A DNA stretch of 64,000 nt from positions 31,480 through 95,479 of IMG/VR virus record IMGVR_UViG_3300029516_000004; one strand, given 5' to 3'. The DNA is from a virus. Taxonomy: Duplodnaviria > Heunggongvirae > Uroviricota > Caudoviricetes. A model generated the notes under the pieces. That model was not told where the DNA came from. It was given only the letters and a program-made list of their open reading frames with translations, and searched no databases. A program made the translations under genes and the position numbers. The first letter of the stretch is position 1. Every line of letters starts with the position of its first letter. Shown in pieces: positions 43,681 to 53,406 of the stretch.

Positions 43681-44496
43681 ATGAGCAAAAACTTTTTTCA
43701 ATCCGGGGCATTTTTGGGGAATGGACTGTCCCGTTTCGCTTTGAACTCTGATCCTGTGCAGCTGATGGAGTCTGCCCGAGCAAGCGCCGAACCGCCAACA
43801 GATCCGGTTATTAATAATAATCCGGAACCGGCGGCACAGACTAACGATAACGTTCCATCTGCCCCGGCTCCAGAGCAAATCCTGGAAGGGAAAGACGGTA
43901 AAGAATGGACCGTCGAACAGGCGCACCAGATGATTCTGGAAGCTGCAAATCGAAGTGCTATGCAGAATGCGTTGAGTGATGCGGCCGACGCCGTTTTCTC
44001 CTGGGCTGATAGCGGTGATCTGACTTTCGACTCCCTTGATGGTTTCGTTCAGGCTATCGCTGGTATCTCTGATGACGACGACTCCGAAGTTACAGAAGAA
44101 CAGGACGATGCCTATAACGAAGCATGGGCAAATGTTGCTGACTTCCTCGCAGCATGCGGTGTAGATGATGACCTGATCGAAGCACTGGCTGACGATGAAG
44201 ACGACGACGCTGCTGCTGATGTTGGTGCCTCTATCGCTGGTTTAGATAGCGACGACCGCGACGAACTGGAAGCGGCGTTTGTTGTTGCTGGCACTTCTGA
44301 TGAAATGCTGACTGAAGCATTTAAGAAGGTTGTTCGTAACGGTGAGATCAAACTCATCCGTAAACGCCTGCGTAAAAAACGTCTGACTGCGGCTCAAAAA
44401 TCGGCGCTGAAAAAAGCACGTCGAAAAGCCCAGACCGGCGCGGCAAAACTTGCCCGCAAAAAGTCAATGAAACTGCGCCGTAAGCGCCTTGGCTAA
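43681..44496 (+). CDS. hypothetical acidic protein with basic C-terminal tail (271 aa)
   Basis: ORF-track ORF; Asp/Glu-rich body and KRK-rich C-terminus. Confidence 0.55.
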   Translation: MSKNFFQSGAFLGNGLSRFALNSDPVQLMESARASAEPPTDPVINNNPEPAAQTNDNVPSAPAPEQILEGKDGKEWTVEQAHQMILEAANRSAMQNALSDAADAVFSWADSGDLTFDSLDGFVQAIAGISDDDDSEVTEEQDDAYNEAWANVADFLAACGVDDDLIEALADDEDDDAAADVGASIAGLDSDDRDELEAAFVVAGTSDEMLTEAFKKVVRNGEIKLIRKRLRKKRLTAAQKSALKKARRKAQTGAAKLARKKSMKLRRKRLG

Positions 44497-44531
44497 AGGA
44501 GGAGGCCGGAGAACTCCGGCCTTTAACTTGA

Positions 44532-45113
44532 ATGGCACCTATACCTTATGGGGTTTACAGCCAGGCTGACGGTGTATCGCCATTTCTGAAAGTTACTTTA
44601 ACGAACTCTCAGTACCAGGTTACCGGATATATCAGCCAGGGGGCAGCAATGAACATGGCCCAGAATTGGGAAGCGCCGTTTACCGGTATGTCCATGGGGT
44701 CTGTTGCTGGTGCTTTCAGTGGTTTTGCGCAGGTTGGTACTGAAACAACGTCGGTGGCCCGTTGGAACAGCTTAATGGTTTGGGAGGGGGGAACACCGCC
44801 GACTTTCACGCTGCCAGTAACTTTCATCGCTTTGTTTGACCCATTCACTGAGGTTTCAGGAGCTATCGCCGCATTGTCAGCGATGATTAGCCCGGAACTT
44901 AAAGATGCCAGCATTGGTGGTCGAATCCCGGAGCGTGTGACGCTAAACATTGGTCGCCGGATCAACATCATTGATGTCGCTATCCAGGACATAAGTTTCG
45001 ATCTCGATGCGCCCAGGGACAGCAATGGGCATTTCCTGAAAAACACCGTCAACCTCCAGTTGACCGGTTCTTCGATATATAACAGCTCCGATATTGTTCG
45101 GGCGTTCCAGTAA
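44532..45113 (+). CDS. putative virion structural protein (193 aa)
   Basis: ORF in late operon. Confidence 0.5.
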   Translation: MAPIPYGVYSQADGVSPFLKVTLTNSQYQVTGYISQGAAMNMAQNWEAPFTGMSMGSVAGAFSGFAQVGTETTSVARWNSLMVWEGGTPPTFTLPVTFIALFDPFTEVSGAIAALSAMISPELKDASIGGRIPERVTLNIGRRINIIDVAIQDISFDLDAPRDSNGHFLKNTVNLQLTGSSIYNSSDIVRAFQ

Positions 45114-45124
45114 AAGGATTTTAT

Positions 45125-45634
45125 ATGGGGCACAATAACACTAAGGGAAACCGTAAATTTATTAAGGGCCGCTATACTGCCAACGCGGCCAAAGGCGAAC
45201 GACTGGTATCTTCTGAATTCCAGCTCACTTTTGCAGGCCATGAAGATATCAGCGTACTGGTTCGCACGTCGCAAATTCCTGAAATGACCCGCGAGGATGT
45301 GGAGGACTATGGTCCGAATGGTGTGAAGTTCAACCAGCACGGTCCAATTCGAAACTCTGGGGAAATCCAGGTCCAGTGCGTGGAGACTATCGAAGGCGAT
45401 ATTCTTCAGTTCATTAAAGATCGCATTGCGGCGAAGGACTATGTTGATATCACGATGGCTGCGACCCCTGAATCCAAATCTTCCGGGGTTAACGCTGTGA
45501 CTAAAGCTGCTACAACAATTGAAATGTTGGACTGCAAAATCTACAGTGATGCAATCGACTTTAGTACCGAAGATGTGACTGCTGCTGTGCGCCCGTCACT
45601 TCGTATCGTCTACAACTGGATTGAGTGGGATTAA
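45125..45634 (+). CDS. putative tail tube protein (169 aa)
   Basis: Size and position after sheath gene. Confidence 0.5.
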   Translation: MGHNNTKGNRKFIKGRYTANAAKGERLVSSEFQLTFAGHEDISVLVRTSQIPEMTREDVEDYGPNGVKFNQHGPIRNSGEIQVQCVETIEGDILQFIKDRIAAKDYVDITMAATPESKSSGVNAVTKAATTIEMLDCKIYSDAIDFSTEDVTAAVRPSLRIVYNWIEWD

Positions 45635-45653
45635 GAGTCATCCCTTGTATTTT

Positions 45654-45677
45654 AAAGCTCCTTCGGGAGCTTTTTTT
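45654..45677 (+). terminator. rho-independent terminator ending the head/sheath operon
   Basis: AAAGCTCC-ttcg-GGAGCTTT followed by TTTTT. Confidence 0.7.
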
Positions 45678-45805
45678 ATAACTATTTTATATAAACATGC
45701 ATCGATAACATTGTCTGGAGTTTTATGTTAGATTATTAATGTTCTAATAAACTACAATTATTGAGGTAGATGTTTGTGCCTGTACTGTTAAAGGGGGACT
45801 CTAAA

Positions 45806-46402
45806 ATGGCTGTGATTCCAATGTCGTACTCCCCGGGTACTGTCGCTCGTCGATTTTCGATCCTGGACGGAGTTACCATCCAGGGTGTGCTTTACCAGGT
45901 TATATGGGATTCCAAAACCCCATTTGCAGCTGTAATAGAGGCTGCGCCTTCTATTATCGATGGTGATATGCGCCATAAGGTTGTCGCCACTCTTGAACTT
46001 CAACGTCGCCCACAGCTTGAAGGCGTACTGGTGAGGAAGTTCTGGGAAGATAACGATGTTGCCCAGATTGAAGGTATCGTGGTTGATGGAATCGTCCGGG
46101 ATGTCGGTTTAGCCACTTTTGTTTATGAAACCGTAGCTTCAAAAGCCGGAGTTGTTTTGCTAAGTGACAATGAGCAATACGAAGGCGGAAAGGCTCTTTG
46201 GCAGCACATCGCTCGTCGTTCTTCCGAACTAAAAGTTTTTATCCTGGACACCGATACTGCTCAGTATTACCCATTTGATGGCGAACGTGTTTGCTATGAC
46301 GGGAAAAGTATTCCTGAATCCGAGATATGGAGTGAACATCCGGATCGAAGTAAGCATGGGGTTGTTCTTGTCGCAGAATCCATAACTGGAAAGGCGGCAT
46401 AG
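45806..46402 (+). CDS. hypothetical protein in an isolated transcription unit
   Basis: ATG at 45806 has AAGGGGGAC RBS (ORF track begins 45770); AT-rich upstream region after a terminator. Confidence 0.5.
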   Translation: MAVIPMSYSPGTVARRFSILDGVTIQGVLYQVIWDSKTPFAAVIEAAPSIIDGDMRHKVVATLELQRRPQLEGVLVRKFWEDNDVAQIEGIVVDGIVRDVGLATFVYETVASKAGVVLLSDNEQYEGGKALWQHIARRSSELKVFILDTDTAQYYPFDGERVCYDGKSIPESEIWSEHPDRSKHGVVLVAESITGKAA

Positions 46403-46689
46403 CAGTAAAAAATTCCTTGCTCCTTGACAGAGGAGAGGATTAATCTAAGTACGCTAAGCATAGGTATGGCCCCGGTTAATGTTAAGCGTTGTGCGGGACG
46501 CATAATGTTTACTGGGGCTTTCTTTTACCTATTTTGGGATAATCCTGAATTCCGTAGTATTTTGTATCGGCTGCGGCTGCATCAGCGTTTGACTCTATTT
46601 CTATAGAAATCACCTGGAATGGTGAATACCCACATCAGAAGAAACGTTGCAGCAAACATGATCCCTAATGGCCAGACCGCGCCAAAGAA

Positions 46690-48050
46690 AATCCATAGTG
46701 ACTGCTCCCCGCCCTGTCGGGCGAGGCTTCCCACTTCTTAAGCCGCAACCGTCTGTGTGACGGATTTACGCTGGCCTCCATGGGCAGAAACGACGAGTCC
46801 CGCCGCTTGTAATTCCAGTATTCCCTTGCGTTTGATGTTGAGCGCCGCATTGATATCGCGGTCATGTTCAACTCCACACTCTGGACACTGCCAGAAGCGC
46901 TTATGTAATGGCATCTCCGACATTTTGTGACCGCAGCAGTGGCAGGTTTTCGAACTGGCGAACCATTGATCCAGTTTCACCAGATGCACACCTTTCTCTG
47001 TTGCTTTGTATTCCAGTTTTGTGATGAATCCAGACCATCCAGCATCGCCTATCGCACGAGCCAGATGGTGATTTTTCATCATATTTGCCGTTTTCAATGT
47101 CTCGACAATTATCGCTTGGTTTTCGTCAACAATTGCGCGAGATAACTTGTGCTGGAAATCGGCACGGGCACTGGCTACCCGTTCGTGAACGGCTGCAAGT
47201 TGTATTCTGGCTTTGCGCCTGTTTGCGCTCCCTTTTTTCTTACGGGACAGTGCTTTCTGCTTCCGGCGCAGGTTGCGACTTGCATTGATTAGGTGGCGGG
47301 GACTGGCAATTTTATTGCCGTCCGATTTGATGACAAAATGCGCCAGCCCCATATCCAGCCCTGTCACATTTGATATCAGTGCGGGCTTTGCCGGCGCTTC
47401 CATCCCGTCGTCACAGAGTAACGACGCGTAGTATTTCCCGGTTGCGCTGCGGCTCAACGTGATACTTTTCAGCATTCCCGTAATTTCACGATGTAAACGC
47501 GCTTCAATCGGCAAGATTTTCGGTATTTTTATCGCACCATCAAGGACTTTTATGCCAACACAATGATAGCTAGATTGTCTGCCGTGTTTACTTTTAAAGG
47601 TAGGTTTACCTGCTTTCAGTTTCGGATTGAAAAAGTTAGAAAAAGCCACGTCGAGGTTAATTACCGCCTGCTGCAACGCAATAGAATCATATTCTTTAAG
47701 CCATCCATACCGGCGGGATTTCTTCGCCACTGCAAGCAGTGGTTTGAGGTCTTTACGCGGGTTTAAATTTACGCGGTGCCGCTGGTAAGAATGTTTCTTG
47801 ATATGCAGAGCTTTGTTGTACACAAAACGCACTGCACCGAACTGGGCGTTGATAAATTCAGCCTGTTCTGGTGTCGGATAGATGCGTACTTTTGTTGCTC
47901 TTAACATAGTCACCGCTCATTGGTACAGGTTTTTATGCTAACACCGTAATAATATTTTTAAAGCCCTTCGGGCTTTTCCGCCTTTCCTACCCGCCCGCAT
48001 TGGGCGAGGGTTCTCGGCGGTTTTTCGCTGAAAACGCCTGGTGACTCCAG
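46690..48050 (-). mobile_element. IS200/IS605-family insertion element carrying tnpB only (boundaries approximate)
   Basis: Intact tnpB flanked by sub-terminal hairpins sharing CGCCC-N5/6-GGGCGAGG at both ends (46713-46730 and 47997-48014) plus AAAGCCCTTCGGGCTTT hairpin at 47956-47972. Confidence 0.6.
46738..47913 (-). CDS. tnpB: TnpB (OMEGA RNA-guided nuclease; RuvC-like plus zinc finger), 391 aa
   Basis: RuvC-I GLDMG, RuvC-II IIVETLK, zinc finger CHCCGH...CPECG, RuvC-III HDRDINAALNI. Confidence 0.85.
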   Translation of the reverse strand: MTMLRATKVRIYPTPEQAEFINAQFGAVRFVYNKALHIKKHSYQRHRVNLNPRKDLKPLLAVAKKSRRYGWLKEYDSIALQQAVINLDVAFSNFFNPKLKAGKPTFKSKHGRQSSYHCVGIKVLDGAIKIPKILPIEARLHREITGMLKSITLSRSATGKYYASLLCDDGMEAPAKPALISNVTGLDMGLAHFVIKSDGNKIASPRHLINASRNLRRKQKALSRKKKGSANRRKARIQLAAVHERVASARADFQHKLSRAIVDENQAIIVETLKTANMMKNHHLARAIGDAGWSGFITKLEYKATEKGVHLVKLDQWFASSKTCHCCGHKMSEMPLHKRFWQCPECGVEHDRDINAALNIKRKGILELQAAGLVVSAHGGQRKSVTQTVAA

Positions 48051-48064
48051 ATTAGAGCAATCTA

Positions 48065-48910
48065 TCACCCTCTGAATCCTGCCGGTATACCCCATTGTTC
48101 GTTATCTTTATTTTTGGCTAAAACCGCATTAAGAGCTTCGTTTACCGTCATGCAATGCGGCAGATTATCGAAGTTTGATACCCCGCCAATATCAGGAGAA
48201 CGCTTGTTCTTCAGGTAAGCATATTTCCGCGCTGCCGCCTCTACTTTCTGCTTGAACTCATGTTTTTGAGCGCGTTTTTTGGATAACCGCAGATTGTCAG
48301 CCTTTGCTTTTGCCTCAGCGATCCATGAAGTCAATTTTTTGAGTCTGCTCGTTCCGGCACCGCCGGAAACTGATCTTTTTGTTTTTTTAACTTGTGACTT
48401 CTTATTCTTTATTGCCACGTCATCCTGACAGGGGGAAGGGGTATCATTTTGACATGGGGGTGTGGATAAAAAATTAAATAAAGCCAATGTTTTAGCGAGA
48501 ACAGCTTTAACCTTGGTTGCCGCTGAAGAGATCTTTAATTTGCTTTCAATCAGCGCATTTTTGGCTTGTTGTGCGAAGGCCAAAAAGGATGGCGTAAACC
48601 GGTACAGGTTAGCGCGACGTTCACGGTGATCGCCGATAACAATCTCTACAGACAGAATTCCTTTGTTTACAGCTTCACGGAATGCACGAACGACGGTTGA
48701 TTGGCTATAACCAGTTTCTGCCGCGATCAGGCGGTGAGGCTTGTGAATGAAGTATTCACTGGTTGTTGCCGCGAGATTTGCACATTGCGACAGGATATGC
48801 CCGGCGCTACGAGATAAACCGGAGTGTGTTACAAAGCAGGCCAATTCATAGCCAGAAAAAGTAAAATCGCTCATCGTTATACAGCTCAGGAAAGTGACTT
48901 TAGCCAGCAT
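48065..48910 (-). CDS. repL: RepL lytic replication initiator (281 aa)
   Basis: 281-aa ORF downstream of kilA in the c4-icd-ant-kilA-repL arrangement. Confidence 0.8.
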   Translation of the reverse strand: MLAKVTFLSCITMSDFTFSGYELACFVTHSGLSRSAGHILSQCANLAATTSEYFIHKPHRLIAAETGYSQSTVVRAFREAVNKGILSVEIVIGDHRERRANLYRFTPSFLAFAQQAKNALIESKLKISSAATKVKAVLAKTLALFNFLSTPPCQNDTPSPCQDDVAIKNKKSQVKKTKRSVSGGAGTSRLKKLTSWIAEAKAKADNLRLSKKRAQKHEFKQKVEAAARKYAYLKNKRSPDIGGVSNFDNLPHCMTVNEALNAVLAKNKDNEQWGIPAGFRG

Positions 48911-48939
48911 TACAATGCTGGTGGTTCTTACTACGTCTG

Positions 48940-49740
48940 TTAGCGCGTTGCCGCGACAGGTACCAGCACACCAGCATCAAGCAATCGCTTCATCAGCCAC
49001 TGCTGACCTTTGCCGGTTATACGAGTCGTGAAAGAAATCCTGCTTCCATTGCTTGTATCGATCACGGTTTCTTTAAGGGTGAAATACCCACGGGATATGT
49101 ATTCTTGTTTGGGGACGTTTCTGCGTTCACCGGTTGCGATCAGAATTCCGTTATCACGCAACCAGGTGAAGAGATAGTTTTGGCCCAGGCCGAGCACTTT
49201 GGCATAGTTGCCGATTAGAACCCCGCTGGCGGTAGCAACGCGTTCGGCGAATTCGACTTTAGGTGCATCCATCAGCATTTTTTGCTCCAGCCGTTGCTTT
49301 TGCTCTGCCAGGTCAGCAGCCAAACGGAGAGCTTCTGGGAGGCTCTTCGGAATAGCAGGTTGTAATCTTCCAGCTCGATAGTCGATAAATGTCTGGTTTA
49401 CCTTCAGCCGAAACGCGGGAGAAATCCAACCAGCGTACTCCACTGCGAGCAATTCATGGGCAAAAGTGCCGCCGCCACGGCCTTCGAACGAAACTATGCA
49501 ATTCTGCATAGTTTCTTTTTCAAGCTCTTCGATGAGCTGTTTAGCTGACAGCGTTCTTAGCCATTGAGCTGGCGCTTTATGGGCACCGAGTCCGCTCGCT
49601 CTGTGTAGAGCATTAAGGTTGTAACGGCCAGCGCGGTCGGTCGTAATTTCAACACCACAAATAACAGGCAGAGAGGTTGAAGGATCGACATTTTGATGAA
49701 GGTTTGATATATTCATATCCGCATTGAATGTTTGTTGCAT
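48940..49740 (-). CDS. kilA: KilA (266 aa), shares C-terminal domain with Ant
   Basis: C-terminal ~140 aa paralogous to Ant C-terminus (LPEALRLAA-LAEQK...GKGQQWL). Confidence 0.8.
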   Translation of the reverse strand: MQQTFNADMNISNLHQNVDPSTSLPVICGVEITTDRAGRYNLNALHRASGLGAHKAPAQWLRTLSAKQLIEELEKETMQNCIVSFEGRGGGTFAHELLAVEYAGWISPAFRLKVNQTFIDYRAGRLQPAIPKSLPEALRLAADLAEQKQRLEQKMLMDAPKVEFAERVATASGVLIGNYAKVLGLGQNYLFTWLRDNGILIATGERRNVPKQEYISRGYFTLKETVIDTSNGSRISFTTRITGKGQQWLMKRLLDAGVLVPVAATR

Positions 49741-49809
49741 TTTTTCTCCAAATTTGCATCAACCTTCAATCACCAGCACGAAATGGTGATTCTTTGCACT
49801 TAGAAAACG

Positions 49810-49826
49810 AAATTTATTAGAGCAAA
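49810..49826. promoter_or_regulatory. C1 operator 17-mer upstream of kilA-repL
   Basis: AAATTTATTAGAGCAAA (16/17). Confidence 0.65.
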
Positions 49827-49903
49827 TTTTTCCGGCTCGATCCAGATCGGGTTGGTCGAACTGCTCAGAAACCTGCCAGTTTGCTGGCAGGTTTTTTCTT
49901 TTG

Positions 49904-50941
49904 TTAACTTATTGCTACTGGTTTTAACAAATCAGCATCAAGTAGCTTGCGAGTTAACCACTGCTGGCCTTTACCCGTTAATTGGGGCGTCAGCCGTATC
50001 TGGTAGCCATTTTCATCATCCAGCACCACTTCTTTCACCGTGAAATACCCGGCGTTAATGTACTGCTGGCGCGGTACGTTTTTGCGCGCACCAAAAGCCA
50101 TGAGAATGCCGTTCTGGCGCAACCATGAGAAAAGGGCGTTTTGCTTAAGTCCAACGACCTTTGCAAAGTTCCCGATCAGGATTCCATTGGCCACTGATAC
50201 CCGGTCGGCAAAATCGACTTTAGGGGCTGCGGCCACCAGCTGTTGTTCCAGCTGCATTTTCTGTTCTGCCAACTCGGCAGCCAGGCGTAGAGCTTCTGGT
50301 AATGTTTGGGGGATCGATGGGGCAGGGGAGTTTGCCTGCTGCAATTCTTCCAGTTTGTCGATCAGCGAACGGCGGACCGCTTTTGACTCGCGCGCGGCGA
50401 CTCGCAGGGCTTGTTTGAAAGTCATGGTTATGACAAGCATTGATGTTTTGTTCATTTTTTCCACTACACTTTTTGTGTAGTGCTCACCATCAAGCTCATC
50501 GAGTATTTTTTCGATGAATTTGTTGTTCCGAACCTCTGGTTCCCCACATAACTTACGCGCTTCATTGACCATCTTTAACAGTGTCTGGCTGTCGATTGTG
50601 TCTCCAGAGTTGGAGATAACATTCACAGCTGGTGATGGCGTAGCTGAAGCAACAGGTGCTGGTTTTTCAACATTCAAATTATTACCGGTCATTCTGCGCG
50701 CCTCCTTTCTCATTTCTGCTGCCACCGTTGCGTAACGTAGACGTCCTTGTTCAATCAAATAATCCCTGATCTCGGCTATCAGTAGCCTGTTGATCACAGC
50801 CTTATCTGTTCGGGTATAAAAACGCCTGGTTATCATGAAATAGTTGGCAATTGCGCCGGGGATCTCCCGTGTCGGCATACAGGCAGTATGCAGGGCGATC
50901 GCTTCGGCTATGTCATTACGGGTGACGAGAGGTTTTTTCAT
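49904..50941 (-). CDS. ant: Ant antirepressor (345 aa)
   Basis: Downstream of icd; C-terminal antirepressor domain shared with KilA. Confidence 0.8.
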   Translation of the reverse strand: MKKPLVTRNDIAEAIALHTACMPTREIPGAIANYFMITRRFYTRTDKAVINRLLIAEIRDYLIEQGRLRYATVAAEMRKEARRMTGNNLNVEKPAPVASATPSPAVNVISNSGDTIDSQTLLKMVNEARKLCGEPEVRNNKFIEKILDELDGEHYTKSVVEKMNKTSMLVITMTFKQALRVAARESKAVRRSLIDKLEELQQANSPAPSIPQTLPEALRLAAELAEQKMQLEQQLVAAAPKVDFADRVSVANGILIGNFAKVVGLKQNALFSWLRQNGILMAFGARKNVPRQQYINAGYFTVKEVVLDDENGYQIRLTPQLTGKGQQWLTRKLLDADLLKPVAIS

Positions 50942-51159
50942 AAACCCCCCTGAACGTCGGCAGAGAAGGGGAGGCTCCAGTAACTAAGTGAATTGCGCGA
51001 GTTAGTTGAAAAACGGGCAGTAAAAATGCAGGGGCCATCAGGCAATTGAGAGCGTGCTTCGTCTTCAGTTGCTGCGATAACGAAGTGATAGTGGTGTTTT
51101 TTACAGGAATAGAAACGCCAGATGAATTCTGGGCGTGCGCAAGGATTGGCATTAACCAT
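50938..51159 (-). CDS. icd: Icd, interference with cell division (73 aa)
   Basis: 73-aa ORF overlapping ant start, preceded by structured untranslated region. Confidence 0.7.
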   Translation of the reverse strand: MVNANPCARPEFIWRFYSCKKHHYHFVIAATEDEARSQLPDGPCIFTARFSTNSRNSLSYWSLPFSADVQGGL

Positions 51160-51164
51160 AGTTA

Positions 51165-51260
51165 CGGCCTCACTAACAGGTTTAACAACCTGCTACCCGC
51201 TGTCAAACAGGTGGCAGGACGTGACAGGGTTGACAGACTGGCGTTAGTGAAACCAGCAGG
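51165..51260 (-). ncRNA. c4: candidate c4 antisense repressor RNA (approximate)
   Basis: About 100-nt structured region (hairpins CCTGC...GCAGG, CTGG...CCAG) between a TTGACC-17-TATAGT promoter (minus strand, around 51404-51432) and icd; position inferred from P1 organisation. Confidence 0.3.
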
Positions 51261-51472
51261 CCGAAGCCTCCCCATCACGCCCCACCATAATTCGGGCGTA
51301 ACGCGGTTTACGGACACAAAAATACCGCAATATCGGAAATCTGCGGTTGTCCGCACTAACATTCAGGCTGTCAAACCTGGTCGCAGAATTTGCTACGACG
51401 GCGGAACTATAAGCCTGAACGATTAAAAGGTCAATATGATGCGAAAAGATAGCATTCGCGACTTAAAAATAC

Positions 51473-51489
51473 AAATTTATTAGAGCATT
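51473..51489. promoter_or_regulatory. C1 operator 17-mer upstream of c4
   Basis: AAATTTATTAGAGCATT (16/17). Confidence 0.6.
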
Positions 51490-51585
51490 ACATGCTTAAT
51501 AAATACACAATTGGATCTAATAACCTCTTTTTTTTAAAGGCGAAAATATGTACCCTAAATGAGTTATAAGGCAGGTGAGGTTATA

Positions 51586-52233
51586 ATGAGAAAACTATTA
51601 CTACCGTTATTATTTATGGCTGGGACTGTTAATGCAGCATCAAGCGTAAAGGAGATTTGTACCGATTATACGAAATACCTTGGGCACGTTTACGGCTTTG
51701 CTGTCAGTCAAGACGAATCCATGCGCAAGAAGTTACTGTCAGATATGAAACGCCTTAAACTTTCTGAAGCGATGGTGCAGCAAGAACTGTATAAAGTCGC
51801 AACCAACGAAAATGCTAAATATCAATATTCTCGCCTGTTAAATCCCGACGCAAACGAGATCAATCGAAGCTCTTTCGATTATATGGTAAAGGCATGCGAA
51901 ACCGCTCCTGATTTTGCTATTCCTAGCTGGGGTGTGCTGGTGGCGAGCAATGCCGTTAATAAAGAAGACGTTGGAAGAAATGGCATTGACTCAATCAGAA
52001 ATGCCCCAGGAATGCGCCATCAAAACGTGCAGGGTACGCTTGAAGAGCGGGCCAGGGGGCCGGGTACAAACTCCCCAATGGGAAACCTCTCACCAGAGGA
52101 ATTGCAAGAGTATAACCAACGGATGGAGCAGTATGAGAAAGCGGCACGCGAACAAATGGAACAACAAAAGAACGGCTCACTTAATACCTTTCAGCAAGGT
52201 TTAAAAGCGCTTAATTTACCCTATGAATGGTAA
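51586..52233 (+). CDS. secreted protein with cleavable signal peptide
   Basis: From Met at 51586: MRKLLLPLLFMAGTVNAASS signal peptide with GGTGAGG RBS; C-terminal PGMR...VQGTLEERARG motif also present in Sit. Confidence 0.55.
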   Translation: MRKLLLPLLFMAGTVNAASSVKEICTDYTKYLGHVYGFAVSQDESMRKKLLSDMKRLKLSEAMVQQELYKVATNENAKYQYSRLLNPDANEINRSSFDYMVKACETAPDFAIPSWGVLVASNAVNKEDVGRNGIDSIRNAPGMRHQNVQGTLEERARGPGTNSPMGNLSPEELQEYNQRMEQYEKAAREQMEQQKNGSLNTFQQGLKALNLPYEW

Positions 52234-52294
52234 ATATATTATGGATAACCAATTAAAATATTGATAATCGTTAATATCCAAAGGAGATAAATTA

Positions 52295-52771
52295 ATGCGC
52301 ATCAAACGATTTTTTCTAATTCTTGCTTTGCTTACTCCATTTTCATCAATGGCAAATGTAAGCAAATGGTCAACCGGCGAGACTCATGGTGTTCGTTCTT
52401 ATGCTGTTTCCAGCAAAGATAATTATACGCTTACATTTGAGTGCGATGTTGGATTTAATAATACGGATCCCAATCAAGTAGGAACACGACTACTCACTCT
52501 CATGAAAACAGAACCTGGCGGTGAGTCATTTGATGCTAAAAAAGAACAAATAACGCTGAAAGTTGGTGATGATGAATATCCTATCAGTTCTATCGGTTCC
52601 TCTGTGGGTGATAGTTACTGGTATGGTTTTTGGTCAGATACCCCTGATATGGAAGTTAAAACATTCGATGCATACGTAGACGGAAAAAAAATAGCAACAT
52701 TTACGCTACGTAAGGCCGCAGAGCTTTTCAACGTGGCACCTGAAGATGGTTGTCTGAAGCGCGCAAAATGA
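52295..52771 (+). CDS. secreted protein with signal peptide (158 aa)
   Basis: MRIKRFFLILALLTPFSSMA signal peptide; strong AAAGGAG RBS. Confidence 0.55.
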   Translation: MRIKRFFLILALLTPFSSMANVSKWSTGETHGVRSYAVSSKDNYTLTFECDVGFNNTDPNQVGTRLLTLMKTEPGGESFDAKKEQITLKVGDDEYPISSIGSSVGDSYWYGFWSDTPDMEVKTFDAYVDGKKIATFTLRKAAELFNVAPEDGCLKRAK

Positions 52772-52779
52772 CCTGTCAC

Positions 52780-52798
52780 AAATGACTACTCGTAGAAT
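52780..52798 (+). promoter_or_regulatory. putative late promoter (TGACTA-N4-TAGAAT)
   Basis: GTCACAAATGACTActcgTAGAAT upstream of the baseplate/sit operon. Confidence 0.45.
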
Positions 52799-52805
52799 CG
52801 GGTAA

Positions 52806-53396
<591 letters not shown>

Positions 53397-53406
53397 GGAG
53401 GCTGAT

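Noticed and set aside
51162-51362. 66-aa minus-strand ORF upstream of icd
   Set aside because: Overlaps the structured region expected to encode the c4 antisense RNA and its promoter; no RBS.
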